DNA of 64,000 bases from Alphaproteobacteria bacterium (GCA_963555825.3 CAUVXB020000002.1:2592001-2656000), one strand, 5' to 3'. Counted from the stretch's first letter, positions 49,495 to 59,412 are shown. Notes: generated by a model not told the origin, from the letters alone. Translations and numbers: made by a program.

Positions 49495-50937
49495 ATGAAG
49501 CGTTTTGTCGAGGGTGTCGATCGCAGCCAGGGCACGTTGTTTCCGGAGCGCCTGGAAGACTGGATCGGCGACGACAACCCGGTTCGGGCGATCGACGTCT
49601 TCGTCGATGAGCTCGATCTTGGCGGCCTCGGGTTCGACCGGGTCGAGCCGCTGGCGACCGGCAGGCCGGCCTATCATCCTTGCGATTTGTTGAAGCTCTA
49701 CATCTACGGCTATCTCAACCGGGTTCAGTCGAGCCGTCGGCTCGAGAGGGAGGCCGGGCGCAATGTGGAAGTGATGTGGCTGGTCGGCCGGCTGGCGCCG
49801 GATCACAAGACGATCGCCGACTTCCGCAAGGACAACGGCCGTGCGATCCGCAAGGTCTGCGCCCGGTTCGTCGCGCTGTGCCGGCAACTCGGGCTGTTCG
49901 CCGAGGCGAGCGTGGCGATCGATGGCTCGAAGTTCAAGGCGGTCAACAGCCGGGACAGGAACTTCACGCGGGCCAAGATGGCGCGGCGGGTGGCGCAGAT
50001 CGAGGAGAGCGTTGCGCGCTATCTGGACCAGTTGGACAGCGCCGACCGGCAAGAGCCGTCGCTGGCGCGCACGACCAAGACGACTCGTCTGGCCGACAAG
50101 ATCGCGATCCTCAAGGAGGAGATGCGGCGCCTGAAGGCGCTTGAAGTCGAGCGGCGTGCGAGCCCGGACCAGCAGATCTCTCTGAGCGATCCCGATGCCC
50201 GCTCGATGGCGACGAGCGGCCGGGGTTCCGGCGTGGTCGGCTACAACGTTCAGGCCGCCGTCGACACCAAGCACCACCTGATCGTCGCCCACGAGGTGAC
50301 CAATCAGGGCACCGACCGCGCCCAGCTCTCAGCCATGGCGAAGCGGACCAAGGCGGCTCTGGAGACCGACGAGTTGGATGTCGTTGCCGATCGCGGCTAC
50401 TACAACGGCAAGGAGATTCTGGCCTGCGATGAGGCCGGCATCACCGTCACATTGCCTAAGCCGCTGACCTCTGGAGCCAAGGCCAAGGGCCGCTTCGGCA
50501 AACAGGACTTCGTCTATCTGGCCGCCGACGATGTCTATCGCTGCCCGGCCGGCGAGCGTTTGGTCTACCGCTTCACCAGCCAGGAGAGGGGGCTGAGCAT
50601 GCGGCGCTACTGGACCAACGCCTGTCAGGGATGCGCCATCAAGCATCGCTGCACCACGGCCAAGCAGCGCCGCATCACCCGCTGGCAGCACGAGCATGTT
50701 CTCGAGGCCGTCGAGAGGCGGCTCGACGAGCACCCGGAGGCGATGCGTCGGCGGCGCGAGACGGCCGAGCATCCCTTCGGCACCATCAAGTCCTGGATGG
50801 GCGCGACGCATTTCCAGACGAAGACGCTGAAACGGGTGAGGACCGAGATGGCCCTGCACGTGCTGGCCTACAATCTCAAGCGCGTCATGAACATCACGGG
50901 CATCGACCCGCTGATCGCGGCGATGAGGACCGCATAG
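49495..50937 (+). CDS. IS1182-family transposase (same protein as 46640-48082)
   Basis: Identical translation in the ORF track. Confidence 0.95.
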   Translation: MKRFVEGVDRSQGTLFPERLEDWIGDDNPVRAIDVFVDELDLGGLGFDRVEPLATGRPAYHPCDLLKLYIYGYLNRVQSSRRLEREAGRNVEVMWLVGRLAPDHKTIADFRKDNGRAIRKVCARFVALCRQLGLFAEASVAIDGSKFKAVNSRDRNFTRAKMARRVAQIEESVARYLDQLDSADRQEPSLARTTKTTRLADKIAILKEEMRRLKALEVERRASPDQQISLSDPDARSMATSGRGSGVVGYNVQAAVDTKHHLIVAHEVTNQGTDRAQLSAMAKRTKAALETDELDVVADRGYYNGKEILACDEAGITVTLPKPLTSGAKAKGRFGKQDFVYLAADDVYRCPAGERLVYRFTSQERGLSMRRYWTNACQGCAIKHRCTTAKQRRITRWQHEHVLEAVERRLDEHPEAMRRRRETAEHPFGTIKSWMGATHFQTKTLKRVRTEMALHVLAYNLKRVMNITGIDPLIAAMRTA

Positions 50938-51109
50938 GCCTCTCTGCGCCGCAAATTGCGCCCATATCCGGCCAAATCGCAGCTCACACCGGCGCCAGCC
51001 GGCCGACAGGTCCGCACGAGTGGCGAAAATCCTTAATCCCGGAATACCCGCCGCGACGGATCATCGAAGCCAAAGACGCGCCGTACAGATCACGCAGCAA
51101 ACGTTCTTA

Positions 51110-52284
51110 TACCAGTGAGCGCCTGAATTGACTCTCGGGATATTCATTGATGGCGGATGATGGCGGATTGTGATTCTATGGTCTCCCACCAGATGTGGGG
51201 GATGTCATGGGATCAGCACTCAAGATACGGGATGATTTGACGCCTTTGGAGCTTCGGCGCTGGGCTCGCGTGGAATCGTACGGTCGAGCGGCGGCGCGGG
51301 CCTATGGGATCGCGAATGCTTTGGAGGAGATGCCCCGGGCTGATGCCGCGCGGCTTGCGGGGATGGATCGCCAAACGCTTCGCGACGCGGTTGTTCGTTA
51401 CAATGCAAAGGGATTGGAGGGGCTTCACGACCGTCCAAAGGGCTACTCGCCGCGGCGGCTGACGGCAGACGAGGAAGCGGCGCTGGCGGCGGTCATCATC
51501 GCCGGGCCGGAGCCTGAGCGCGACGGGGTTTGCGCCTGGACCCGGGCCGATCTGTGCCGCTGGCTGGAGGAGCGCTTCGCCAAGACCTACCACCCCTCGA
51601 GCATGACCCGGGTTCTACGGCGGATGGGATTTTCCCGCCAGAAGGCGCGCCCGAGCCACCCGCGAAGGGACGCCGAAGCGCAGGAGCGCTTCAAAAAAGG
51701 GGGCTTCGCGACATCCTGAAGGCGACCGCCGCGGCGCATCCCGACAAGCGCCTACAGCTGTGGTTTCAGGATGAAGCGCGCGTCGGCAACAAGGGCCGGG
51801 TGTGTCACCGGTGGTGGCGCAGGGGCGAGCGTGCCCCCGGGACGCGTCAAATCGGCTACCAGTGGGCCTACATCTTCTCCGCCGTGCGCCCGGACACCGG
51901 CGACGACGTCACCCTGGTGATGCCGAGCGTCAACGCCAAGGTCATGGACCTGTTTCTCGCACACTTCGCCGATACCCTGGACCAGGATGCGCACGCCGTC
52001 ATGATGTGCGACGGCGCCGGTTGGCACGACGAGCGCGCCCTCACCGTCCCCGACAACGTCACCTTGGCGCTGTTGCCGCCTTACAGTCCCGAACTCAACC
52101 CCGTCGAGCGGGTTTGGCTCTACCTACGCGAACGCTTCCTATCGCTCCGCGTCCTCGACGACACCGAGGCCATCATCGACGCCTGTTGCCAAGCATGGAT
52201 CGACCTCATCGCAGAACCGGATCGTATGCGAACCCTCTGCGCCTATCCATGGATCATGAAGGTGATTTCATAGGCTCACTGGTA
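51110..52284 (+). mobile_element. IS630-family element (two-ORF, frameshift type)
   Basis: IRs taccagtgagc / gctcactggta; tta duplicated relative to the intact IS1182 end. Confidence 0.9.
51207..52273 (+). CDS. IS630 transposase expressed by -1 frameshift (HTH ORF 51207-51719 + DDE ORF ending 52273)
   Basis: Slippery AAAAAAGGGGG at 51693-51703; WFQDEARVG, CDGAGWH, LPPYSPELNPVERVW. Confidence 0.88.
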
Positions 52285-52433
52285 TTACACAGTCTGGACC
52301 CGAAGGAGACTTTGGCGCCTCTTACAGGCGAGCGAAAATTTGTGCTTCGACGGTGGCTTCTGTGAAAGATGTGTTGTCGGCAATTTTCCAACCTGCCACC
52401 ATCGACCAGGCGATTGCGTCAATCGAAAGGCCG

Positions 52434-53120
52434 ATGAGCAAACCACTGATCTACGAGCGCTGGCCTCCGCTGCACGCGGACTGGATTCAGCTTTACTCGG
52501 TCAACTCGCCCAACGGCATCAAGGTCGCCGTGGCGCTGGAGGAAATGGAGCTCGACTACGACCCCCATCTGGTCAACATCCGTGAGGGCGATCAGCACAC
52601 GGCCGAGTTCAGATCGGTCAGCCCCAACGCCAAAATCCCCGCCATCATCGACCCGCAAGGGCGGGGCGGACAGTTGATCACGATCATGGAATCGGGCGCC
52701 ATCCTGATCTATCTGGCGGAGAAGACCGGCAAGCTGCTGCCCACCGACCCCATAGAGCGCAACGAATGCATCCAGTGGCTGTTCTTTCAGGTCGGCCATA
52801 TCGGGCCGATGTTCGGCCAGTACGAGCACTTCTTCGTCCACGCCGCCGACAAGTGCGCTGACCCGTATCCGAAGGAGCGCTACGGCACCGAGGCAATCCG
52901 CTTGCTCGGCGTGCTGGAGGGCCGGCTGGCGGGGCGCAATTTCATTATGGGCGGCGACTACACCATCGCCGACATCGCCATCTGCCCCTGGGTGCGAAGC
53001 CTGCGCAAACAGGCCCAGGGGCACATCGATCTGGCTGATTTTCCCGCTGTCGATGCCTGGTTGGCGCGCTGCACGGGCCGGCCGGCGTTCGAGACCGGAC
53101 GAATCGTCAACGGCCGTTGA
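52434..53120 (+). CDS. Glutathione S-transferase (YfcG/YghU-like)
   Basis: QLYSVNSPNGIKV, SPNAKIPAIIDP, ESGAILIYLAEKTG, YTIADIA. Confidence 0.92.
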   Translation: MSKPLIYERWPPLHADWIQLYSVNSPNGIKVAVALEEMELDYDPHLVNIREGDQHTAEFRSVSPNAKIPAIIDPQGRGGQLITIMESGAILIYLAEKTGKLLPTDPIERNECIQWLFFQVGHIGPMFGQYEHFFVHAADKCADPYPKERYGTEAIRLLGVLEGRLAGRNFIMGGDYTIADIAICPWVRSLRKQAQGHIDLADFPAVDAWLARCTGRPAFETGRIVNGR

Positions 53121-53273
53121 CGGCCTGGGGCGAGCTGCAGTCTCGTTCTGTAAAATGCGTCAAAGCCCGCCCCCGGCCCTTCAGATTTCGGGAATATGAG
53201 TGATGTCGCACCGGCATCGCGATGTGCCACATTGCGAGTGCTGAAACAACGCGACCAATGACCGCTCCTGGCT

Positions 53274-53433
53274 GAGGCTGTTGAAAAAGTCGGTTGCGGA
53301 ACCAAACTCGCCAATTTCCCGGAACCAATGAGAATTCGATTTCAATGAAATCAAAGGCTTAGGAAAACACCGATTTCGGAGAATTGGCAATTCAGGCTCA
53401 AAATGGATGTTTCGGGACTTTTTCAACAGCCTC
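53274..53433. mobile_element. 160-bp MITE with IS1182/IS5-like ends
   Basis: Perfect 18-bp IR gaggctgttgaaaaagtc; 4-bp DR ggct. Confidence 0.9.
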
Positions 53434-53590
53434 GGCTATGAGGAGACCTCCAGCGTGATCTCGCTCGGCGTCCGCTTCCTGCTCGTACGCAGACGTCGGC
53501 AACCCGAAATTCGGAGGTTCGGCGTTCCACGTCTGCTGACCGCTCCGAACCGGACGTCGGAGACGGGATCGTTCGATGTCTCCCAATTGT
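53434..53590. repeat. Palindrome array continuing after the MITE
   Basis: gtccgct..cgcagac (from 53470), gtctgct..accggac (from 53531), gtctcc (53578). Confidence 0.8.
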
Positions 53591-53692
53591 CCGCCGCGGT
53601 GGTCGCCGATGTGGCGCCGCCGTCGACGCCTTGCCGATCGGTCGTATCACAGAGACCCGATGGCGGATCGTCCCCACGGCGTTACGCGGGGC

Positions 53693-54616
53693 TCAGGGCG
53701 CGCCGTTGAACAGCCAATCGATGAAATCCGCCGGATACCTCGCGGTCACCTCGGTTAACAGCGCCAGGCTCTCCGTCGACAACACGCCTCGCCACTGCCC
53801 GGAGGTGCCCTTGTTGAAGAATTGGGAATTATCTTTCCACATCTTGAAATTGGTGTCCGGCGCCGTCCGGTCGGCGTTCTTCTTCATGCTCTCGAAGCTT
53901 GCTGCCGCGACCAGTTCGGGCCAGGCGTCCCGGGCGACCTCGATGCTCAGCGCCACCGCGATCCGGCGCATCTCGGCCGCCAGATCGGCCCCGAGATCGC
54001 CGTAGTGGACGAACACAATATTGATCTCGTCCCGGTGTGCCCAGAATGACGCGCCGTGGCGGAACACCGACCAGAACGGCGCACCGTCGCTCTCCCAGGG
54101 AAAGCTGCCGTTGGTCAGCCACATCCGGAAAAACTCGTTCGGGTCTTCGGGCGCGGCCTCCGCCTCGTCCGCCGCGTCGCGCATCTCGCGCTTGAACATC
54201 GCATCGGCGTCCGGGTTGGAGTTCTGCAGATGGTTCAGCATCGACATGAAGATGTCGCGTGGATCGCGTTGGACGCAATTGTACGTCGCCTCGGGGAACC
54301 AGGGCAGCCCGTCGAGCGGGGTGTGGGTCTTGATGATCCGCCGATGATCCTGCGCGGCGTACACCGCGTGGGTCTCGCTGGTCTGCGCCGCCCTCAGTTC
54401 CATCCACGGCGAAATCTCGGCCAGCGGCAGGTCGAACTCGGTGCGCTGGAAGACCAGCAGCGCGCAGATCATCTGCATCCAGGTCGTGCCCGCCTTGTAC
54501 GGCGTGCAGACGAGGATGTCACCGGGGCGTGGCGCGAAGCCCTGCCAGCGGGCCGAGTCCCACACCGGGTGCTCGTAGTGCCTCAGCGGCAAGGCCGAAA
54601 GGTCGAGCTTTTCCAT
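53693..54616 (-). CDS. PAPS-dependent sulfotransferase (Sulfotransfer_1)
   Basis: 5'-PSB TPYKAGTTW, IIKTH, RDPRD, FFNKGTSGQW. Confidence 0.92.
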   Translation of the reverse strand: MEKLDLSALPLRHYEHPVWDSARWQGFAPRPGDILVCTPYKAGTTWMQMICALLVFQRTEFDLPLAEISPWMELRAAQTSETHAVYAAQDHRRIIKTHTPLDGLPWFPEATYNCVQRDPRDIFMSMLNHLQNSNPDADAMFKREMRDAADEAEAAPEDPNEFFRMWLTNGSFPWESDGAPFWSVFRHGASFWAHRDEINIVFVHYGDLGADLAAEMRRIAVALSIEVARDAWPELVAAASFESMKKNADRTAPDTNFKMWKDNSQFFNKGTSGQWRGVLSTESLALLTEVTARYPADFIDWLFNGAP

Positions 54617-54857
54617 CACATATTCTCCGAAGCGCCGTCATCTGAGTGAGCCAAGCCATGGTAGACGGCGGCGGCACGCGGCACATCACCGATGCGACCT
54701 ACTTGCGGCCTCTCCCGCGAGGGCGGGGTTTGTATGTCTCACCGGGTTCATGGTCGCTCTCCTCGGTGGCGCTTCAACAAGAGGTCGATCCTATCCGATC
54801 GCCTAAGCCCTTGGAGAGCGGCCGCCGCAATTACGCCATGTTCTCTGTATCGTCAGA

Positions 54858-55619
54858 TCAACCCGCGCCCAGCATGACAAGTCCTTCCGGCGGCGTCCAC
54901 CCTTCAGCAAGGATTGGATTGAAGACCCCGGTGCGGATGCCGTCCGCCCTGACTGTGTCGAACGATACTTCGAGCGATGCACGCTGCTCAGGAGATAGTG
55001 GCGCTAAGAGCAAGTCTTTATCGTTTAACGGTTCACCGGCGAAGTACATCTGGGTGTTTACCGGTGGATTGAAGGGTGCGTGTACTTTGAAGTGGATATG
55101 GCGCGGGCGAACCCAATCACCTATCGCCGGATAAGACCCGGGAATAATGGTCAGAAAGCGATACCTTCCATCCTTGTCCGTAACAATCCTGGCGTAGCCT
55201 TGAAAATTCGGATCCAAGGGCCGGTCCGTCGACTTGTCTCCCGGGTGGTTATAACGGCCACGAAGGTTAGCCTGCCAAACTTCGAGCACGGAGCCCGGTA
55301 ACGGCTGACACTTGACGTCGAGCACTTGGCCAGTCACCTCGATCACGTCGCCTTCGGCGCGGCCCGTTTTGCCGGACACGCTGGTGAGGTCCCAGTCGTA
55401 ATCTTCAATAGCCATGGGATAGAATGGGCCGTCGACCTGGAATGGGGTAAGTGCGCAGGCGGCCCTTGCTGCCCGACCCGTCGCAAGTAATGCCACCCCG
55501 GCAGTCATGCCTGCGAGAATTCCCCGCCGAGAGAAATTCCACGACTCGTTCCGCGCGACGTCTTGGATTTTAGGTTTCCCAACCACAATCCTCTCCTCTG
55601 TCCGATGTCGACGCGGCAA
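54858..55619 (-). CDS. Intradiol ring-cleavage dioxygenase (protocatechuate 3,4-dioxygenase beta-like), Tat signal; start uncertain
   Basis: SRRGILAG; GPFYP, EVWQAN..GRYNH, DPNFQGY, PGSY, RPRHIHF. Confidence 0.85.
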   Translation of the reverse strand: MPRRHRTEERIVVGKPKIQDVARNESWNFSRRGILAGMTAGVALLATGRAARAACALTPFQVDGPFYPMAIEDYDWDLTSVSGKTGRAEGDVIEVTGQVLDVKCQPLPGSVLEVWQANLRGRYNHPGDKSTDRPLDPNFQGYARIVTDKDGRYRFLTIIPGSYPAIGDWVRPRHIHFKVHAPFNPPVNTQMYFAGEPLNDKDLLLAPLSPEQRASLEVSFDTVRADGIRTGVFNPILAEGWTPPEGLVMLGAG

Positions 55620-55862
55620 ATAGTCTACACCGACCGGAAGTCGGCGCTAGGGGTTTCCCTGGCATTTCGATGGTTGGCATCAAGCGGCGGAACGGCCGCC
55701 GTTGGCTGAGGCTGTTCTCTACCTCGGACGTTGGCTGACGTCCGGCAATCCAAATGGATAGGTCTGCTCATCGCGTGAAAGCGGACTGGCGCCGTTGAAC
55801 CCGATGGTCGGTCGACCGAAACGGCCGCCGAATCGCCAAAAATACTGCGGGTTGCCCTGCTG

Positions 55863-56804
55863 CTACGTGCTTCCGCGCGGGCCGAGGCCCAACAGCGCGC
55901 GGGCGTAGTCGTCGGCCTCGAAGGGGCGCAGGTCGTCGAGGTTCTCGCCGACGCCGATGGCGTGGACCGGCAGGCCGAAGCGGGCGGCGAGCGCGACCAG
56001 CACGCCGCCCTTGGCGCTGCCGTCGAGCTTGGTGACGACGAGGCCGGTGACGTCGACCAGTTGGCCGAAGGTCTCGACCTGGGCGTGGGCGTTCTGGCCG
56101 ACCGTGGCGTCGAGCACCAGCACGCAATCTTGCGGCGCGCCCGCGTCGAGCTTCGCGAGGACGCGGCGGATCTTGTCGAACTCGGCCATCAGCTCGGCCC
56201 TGTTGTGCAGGCGCCCGGCGGTGTCGATCAAGAGCACGTCGGCGCCCTTGCCGCGCGCCGCCTCGAGCGCGTCATAGGCGAGCCCGGCGGGATCGGCGCC
56301 CGGCCGGCCGGCGACGACCTCGCACCCCGCCCGCTCGCCCCACAGCTGGAGCTGCTCGATCGCCGCGGCGCGGAAGGTGTCGCAGGCGGCCAGCACGACG
56401 TGCTTGCCGTCGTCACGCAACTGCTTGGCCAGCTTGCCGATCGTCGTCGTCTTGCCGGTGCCGTTGACGCCGACGACCAGCACGACATGGGGCCGGTGAT
56501 CGGGCGAAATTTCGAGCGGCCGGGCGACCGGCGCGAGGATGCCGGCGATCGCCTCGGCGAGCGCCGCGCGCACCTCTTCGGGGTCGACCTCGCGGTCGAA
56601 ACGTGTCTCGGCGATCTCGCGGGTCAGGCGCGCCGCCGTCTCGACGCCGAGATCGGCGGTGATCAAGAGCTCCTCGAGTTGCTCGAGCGCCGCGTCGTCG
56701 AGCTTGCGCTTGGTGAAGATCGCGCCGATGCCGGCGGAAAGCCGGCCCGACGATTCGGTCAGCCCGGTCCTGAGGCGGCCGAACCAGCCCTGCGCTTGCG
56801 CCAT
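55863..56804 (-). CDS. ftsY: SRP receptor GTPase
   Basis: GVNGTGKTTTIGKLA, DTFRAAA, DTAGRL, TKLDGSAKGG, GVGE. Confidence 0.97.
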   Translation of the reverse strand: MAQAQGWFGRLRTGLTESSGRLSAGIGAIFTKRKLDDAALEQLEELLITADLGVETAARLTREIAETRFDREVDPEEVRAALAEAIAGILAPVARPLEISPDHRPHVVLVVGVNGTGKTTTIGKLAKQLRDDGKHVVLAACDTFRAAAIEQLQLWGERAGCEVVAGRPGADPAGLAYDALEAARGKGADVLLIDTAGRLHNRAELMAEFDKIRRVLAKLDAGAPQDCVLVLDATVGQNAHAQVETFGQLVDVTGLVVTKLDGSAKGGVLVALAARFGLPVHAIGVGENLDDLRPFEADDYARALLGLGPRGST

Positions 56805-56811
56805 ATGGCTA

Positions 56812-57347
56812 GCCCGGATTTCTCGCCATGGACAGGCGCGTCATCGCGTCGGGCGGAGCCGATCCGCCAGGAGAAGGCCGCCGAGCGTAGCCTGGGCTAC
56901 GCGCAAGGCCTTCGACGCCGCGGGCGGCCCGCCCGGCGCGACCCGAAGGGCGGCGGATCTCGGACGACAGGCGGCGTCAAAGCGCTTGCCCGATGCGCGA
57001 GTACTCACTTGCACGATGCCACGGTACGTAGGACGGCCTTGCGCGGTCGTCCGGCAAGGCGCCCGGCGCGCCGTGATGCTGGGCGCATCACAAGCGCCGG
57101 GCAACGCCGCCGGCGGCCGCGCAAGGCCGCCCTGCGGGTCGCGTTTCCCGTCCCCTCGGGGCGTCGGGAACGCTCTGCGATGCCAAGGCATCGCCGTCAC
57201 GCCCCCGACTGCCGAGGAAACGGGAAACGCGATCCTACGTGCCGTGGAATCGTGCAAGGGAGTACTGGCATCGTGGCCCGCACGCTTTTCCTAGCCTGTC
57301 GTTCGATATCCGCCGTGCCGCACCTGTCCATGGCGAGAAGGCCGGGC
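56812..57347. mobile_element. MITE copy B (inverted relative to 14772-15041) carrying a nested MITE
   Basis: TA-flanked; IRs gcccggatttctcgccatggacagg / cctgtccatggcgagaaggccgggc. Confidence 0.88.
57004..57262. mobile_element. Nested 259-bp TA-flanked MITE
   Basis: 30-bp IR ctcacttgcacgatgccacggtacgtagga (3 mismatches); TA on both sides; absent from copy A. Confidence 0.85.
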
Positions 57348-58588
57348 TAGACGGGGACGGCGGTCAGTGCACAGTCCGCGACGCCCGTGACGACCGCGCG
57401 GACCAGGTTGCCGGGGACGTGGTCACCGGAAAGACGGACCGGCGCGAACGCTTCGCTGCGGCCTTGGTTCGGCTTTTCGACCAGCGCCTCGACGGTGTGC
57501 CCGACACAACCTGCCAGGAAGCGATCGAGCGCCGCGGCGCCGGCGCCGCGCAGGCGCGCCGCGCGTTCCTTGCGGGCGCCGCCCGATACTTGCGGCATGC
57601 GCGCCGCGGGTGTGCCCCGGCGCGCCGAGAAGGGGAAGACGTGCAGATAGGTCAGCCCGGCCTCGTCGACCAGGTCGAGGCTGCGCTGGAACATCGCCTC
57701 GGTCTCGGTCGGGAAGCCGGCGATCAGGTCGGCGCCGAAAGCAACATCGGGGCGCAGCGTGCGCACCGTTTCACAGAACGCGATTGCGTCGGCGCGGTTG
57801 TGGCGCCGCTTCATGCGTTTGAGCACCATGTCGTCGCCGGCCTGCAGGCTGAGGTGCAGATGCGGCATCAGCCGGGGCTCCTCGGCGATCAGGCGCATCA
57901 GCGCGTCGTCGACCTCGGCGACGTCGATCGAAGACAAACGCAAACGGGGCAATTCGGGCACCAGGGCCAGCAGCCGCCGGGTCATGTCGCCGAGCGACGG
58001 GTGGCCCGGCAGGTCGGCGCCATAGGCCGTCAGGTCGACGCCGGTCAGCACGACCTCGCGGTAGCCGGCCTCGACCAGGCGCCGGGTTTGGGCGACGATC
58101 TCGCCGATCGGCACGCTGCGGCTCGGTCCCCGGCCGTAGGGAATGATGCAGAAGGTGCAGCGGTGATCGCAGCCGTTCTGGACCTGGACGAAGGCGCGCG
58201 CGCGGCCCTCGAAGCCGGCGACCAGATGGCCGGCGGTCTCGGTCACCGCCATGATGTCGTTGACGCGCACCGGCTCGCCGTCGAGGTCGGCGAAGCTCTC
58301 GGGGCGCAGCTTCTCGGCGTTGCCCAGCACGCTGTCGACCTCGGGCATAGCGGCGAAGGCCGCCGGGTCGATCTGCGCGGCGCAGCCGGTGACGACGATG
58401 CGCGCCCCGGGCGCGCGGCGCCGCGCACGGCGGATCGCCTGACGCGCCTGGCGCTCGGCTTCCGCCGTCACCGCGCAGGTATTGACGATGATCGTGTCCG
58501 TCAGGCCGGCGGCCGCGGCATGGTCGCGCATGACTTCCGACTCATAGGCGTTGAGCCGGCAGCCGAAGGTGATGACCTCGGCGTTCAC
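57347..58588 (-). CDS. mtaB: tRNA t6A methylthiotransferase
   Basis: TFGCRLNAYES, VNTCAVT, TGCAAQ, radical SAM GCDHRCTFC; dapF-mtaB-ftsY synteny. Confidence 0.95.
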   Translation of the reverse strand: MNAEVITFGCRLNAYESEVMRDHAAAAGLTDTIIVNTCAVTAEAERQARQAIRRARRRAPGARIVVTGCAAQIDPAAFAAMPEVDSVLGNAEKLRPESFADLDGEPVRVNDIMAVTETAGHLVAGFEGRARAFVQVQNGCDHRCTFCIIPYGRGPSRSVPIGEIVAQTRRLVEAGYREVVLTGVDLTAYGADLPGHPSLGDMTRRLLALVPELPRLRLSSIDVAEVDDALMRLIAEEPRLMPHLHLSLQAGDDMVLKRMKRRHNRADAIAFCETVRTLRPDVAFGADLIAGFPTETEAMFQRSLDLVDEAGLTYLHVFPFSARRGTPAARMPQVSGGARKERAARLRGAGAAALDRFLAGCVGHTVEALVEKPNQGRSEAFAPVRLSGDHVPGNLVRAVVTGVADCALTAVPV

Positions 58589-59412
58589 CTGCCGGCCTCG
58601 GGTGCGAATTCGCCGGCGAAGCTGGTCGACCAGGGGCCGGTCATCAAGACATGGCCGTCCGCGCGCCAGGCGATGTGCAGGGCGCCGCCGTCGAGGATCA
58701 CGTCGGCCTCGCGCCCGGTCAGGCCGCGGCGCGCAGCGGCGACCAGCGTTGCGCAGGCGCCGGTGCCGCAGGCGCGCGTGATGCCGGTGCCGCGCTCCCA
58801 AACGCGCATGCGGATTTCGGCCGCGCCGCGCACCTGGGCGACCTCGATGTTGATCCTTTCGGGGAACATCGCGTCTTGTTCGAGGGCCGGGCCGATGCGC
58901 GCCAGATCGACCGCCTCGGCGTCGTCGACGAAGAACACGGCATGGGGGTTGCCGACGTTGACGCCGACCGCCGGCCCGGGCGCCGGTGCCGCGAGCTCGA
59001 TGGCCAGGGTGTCGGCCTCGCGGGCGAGCGGAATGTCGCGCCAGTCGGTGCGCGCCACGCCCATGTCGACGGTGATGCGACCGTCGCCCGCATCCATGCA
59101 GGGCAGCAGGCCGGCGTCGGTCTCGATGGTCACCGCGCGCCGCCCGGTCTCGGCCATCACCAGGCCGGCGATGCAGCGCGTCGCGTTGCCGCAGGCCTCG
59201 GTGACGCCGCCGTCGGCGTTGCGCAGGCTGAGCCGCACGTCGGCCGCCTCGGCCGCCTCGATCAGCACGAGCTGGTCGCAGCCGACCCCGGTGCGCCGGT
59301 CCGAGACTGCTCGCACCCAGTCGCTGTCGAGCGCGACCGGACGCACGCGTGCGTCGACGACGACGAAGTCGTTGCCGAGCCCATGCATCTTGATGAACGG
59401 CAGGGGTTCCAT
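58585..59412 (-). CDS. dapF: Diaminopimelate epimerase
   Basis: FIKMHGLGNDF, GVGCDQ, ACGNATRC, GNPH, WERGTG.T.ACGTGAC. Confidence 0.97.
   Translation of the reverse strand: MEPLPFIKMHGLGNDFVVVDARVRPVALDSDWVRAVSDRRTGVGCDQLVLIEAAEAADVRLSLRNADGGVTEACGNATRCIAGLVMAETGRRAVTIETDAGLLPCMDAGDGRITVDMGVARTDWRDIPLAREADTLAIELAAPAPGPAVGVNVGNPHAVFFVDDAEAVDLARIGPALEQDAMFPERINIEVAQVRGAAEIRMRVWERGTGITRACGTGACATLVAAARRGLTGREADVILDGGALHIAWRADGHVLMTGPWSTSFAGEFAPEAGR

Larger units (their letters stand above)
49435..52296 (+). mobile_element. IS1182-family element, copy 2 (right IR interrupted by IS630)
   Basis: Encodes the same transposase as copy 1; 4-bp DR gacc (49431-49434 and 52297-52300). Confidence 0.93.

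Noticed and set aside
46580-52296. Composite transposon of two IS1182 copies carrying the TPR gene
   Set aside because: Each copy has its own 4-bp duplication (gtcc, gacc), indicating independent insertions
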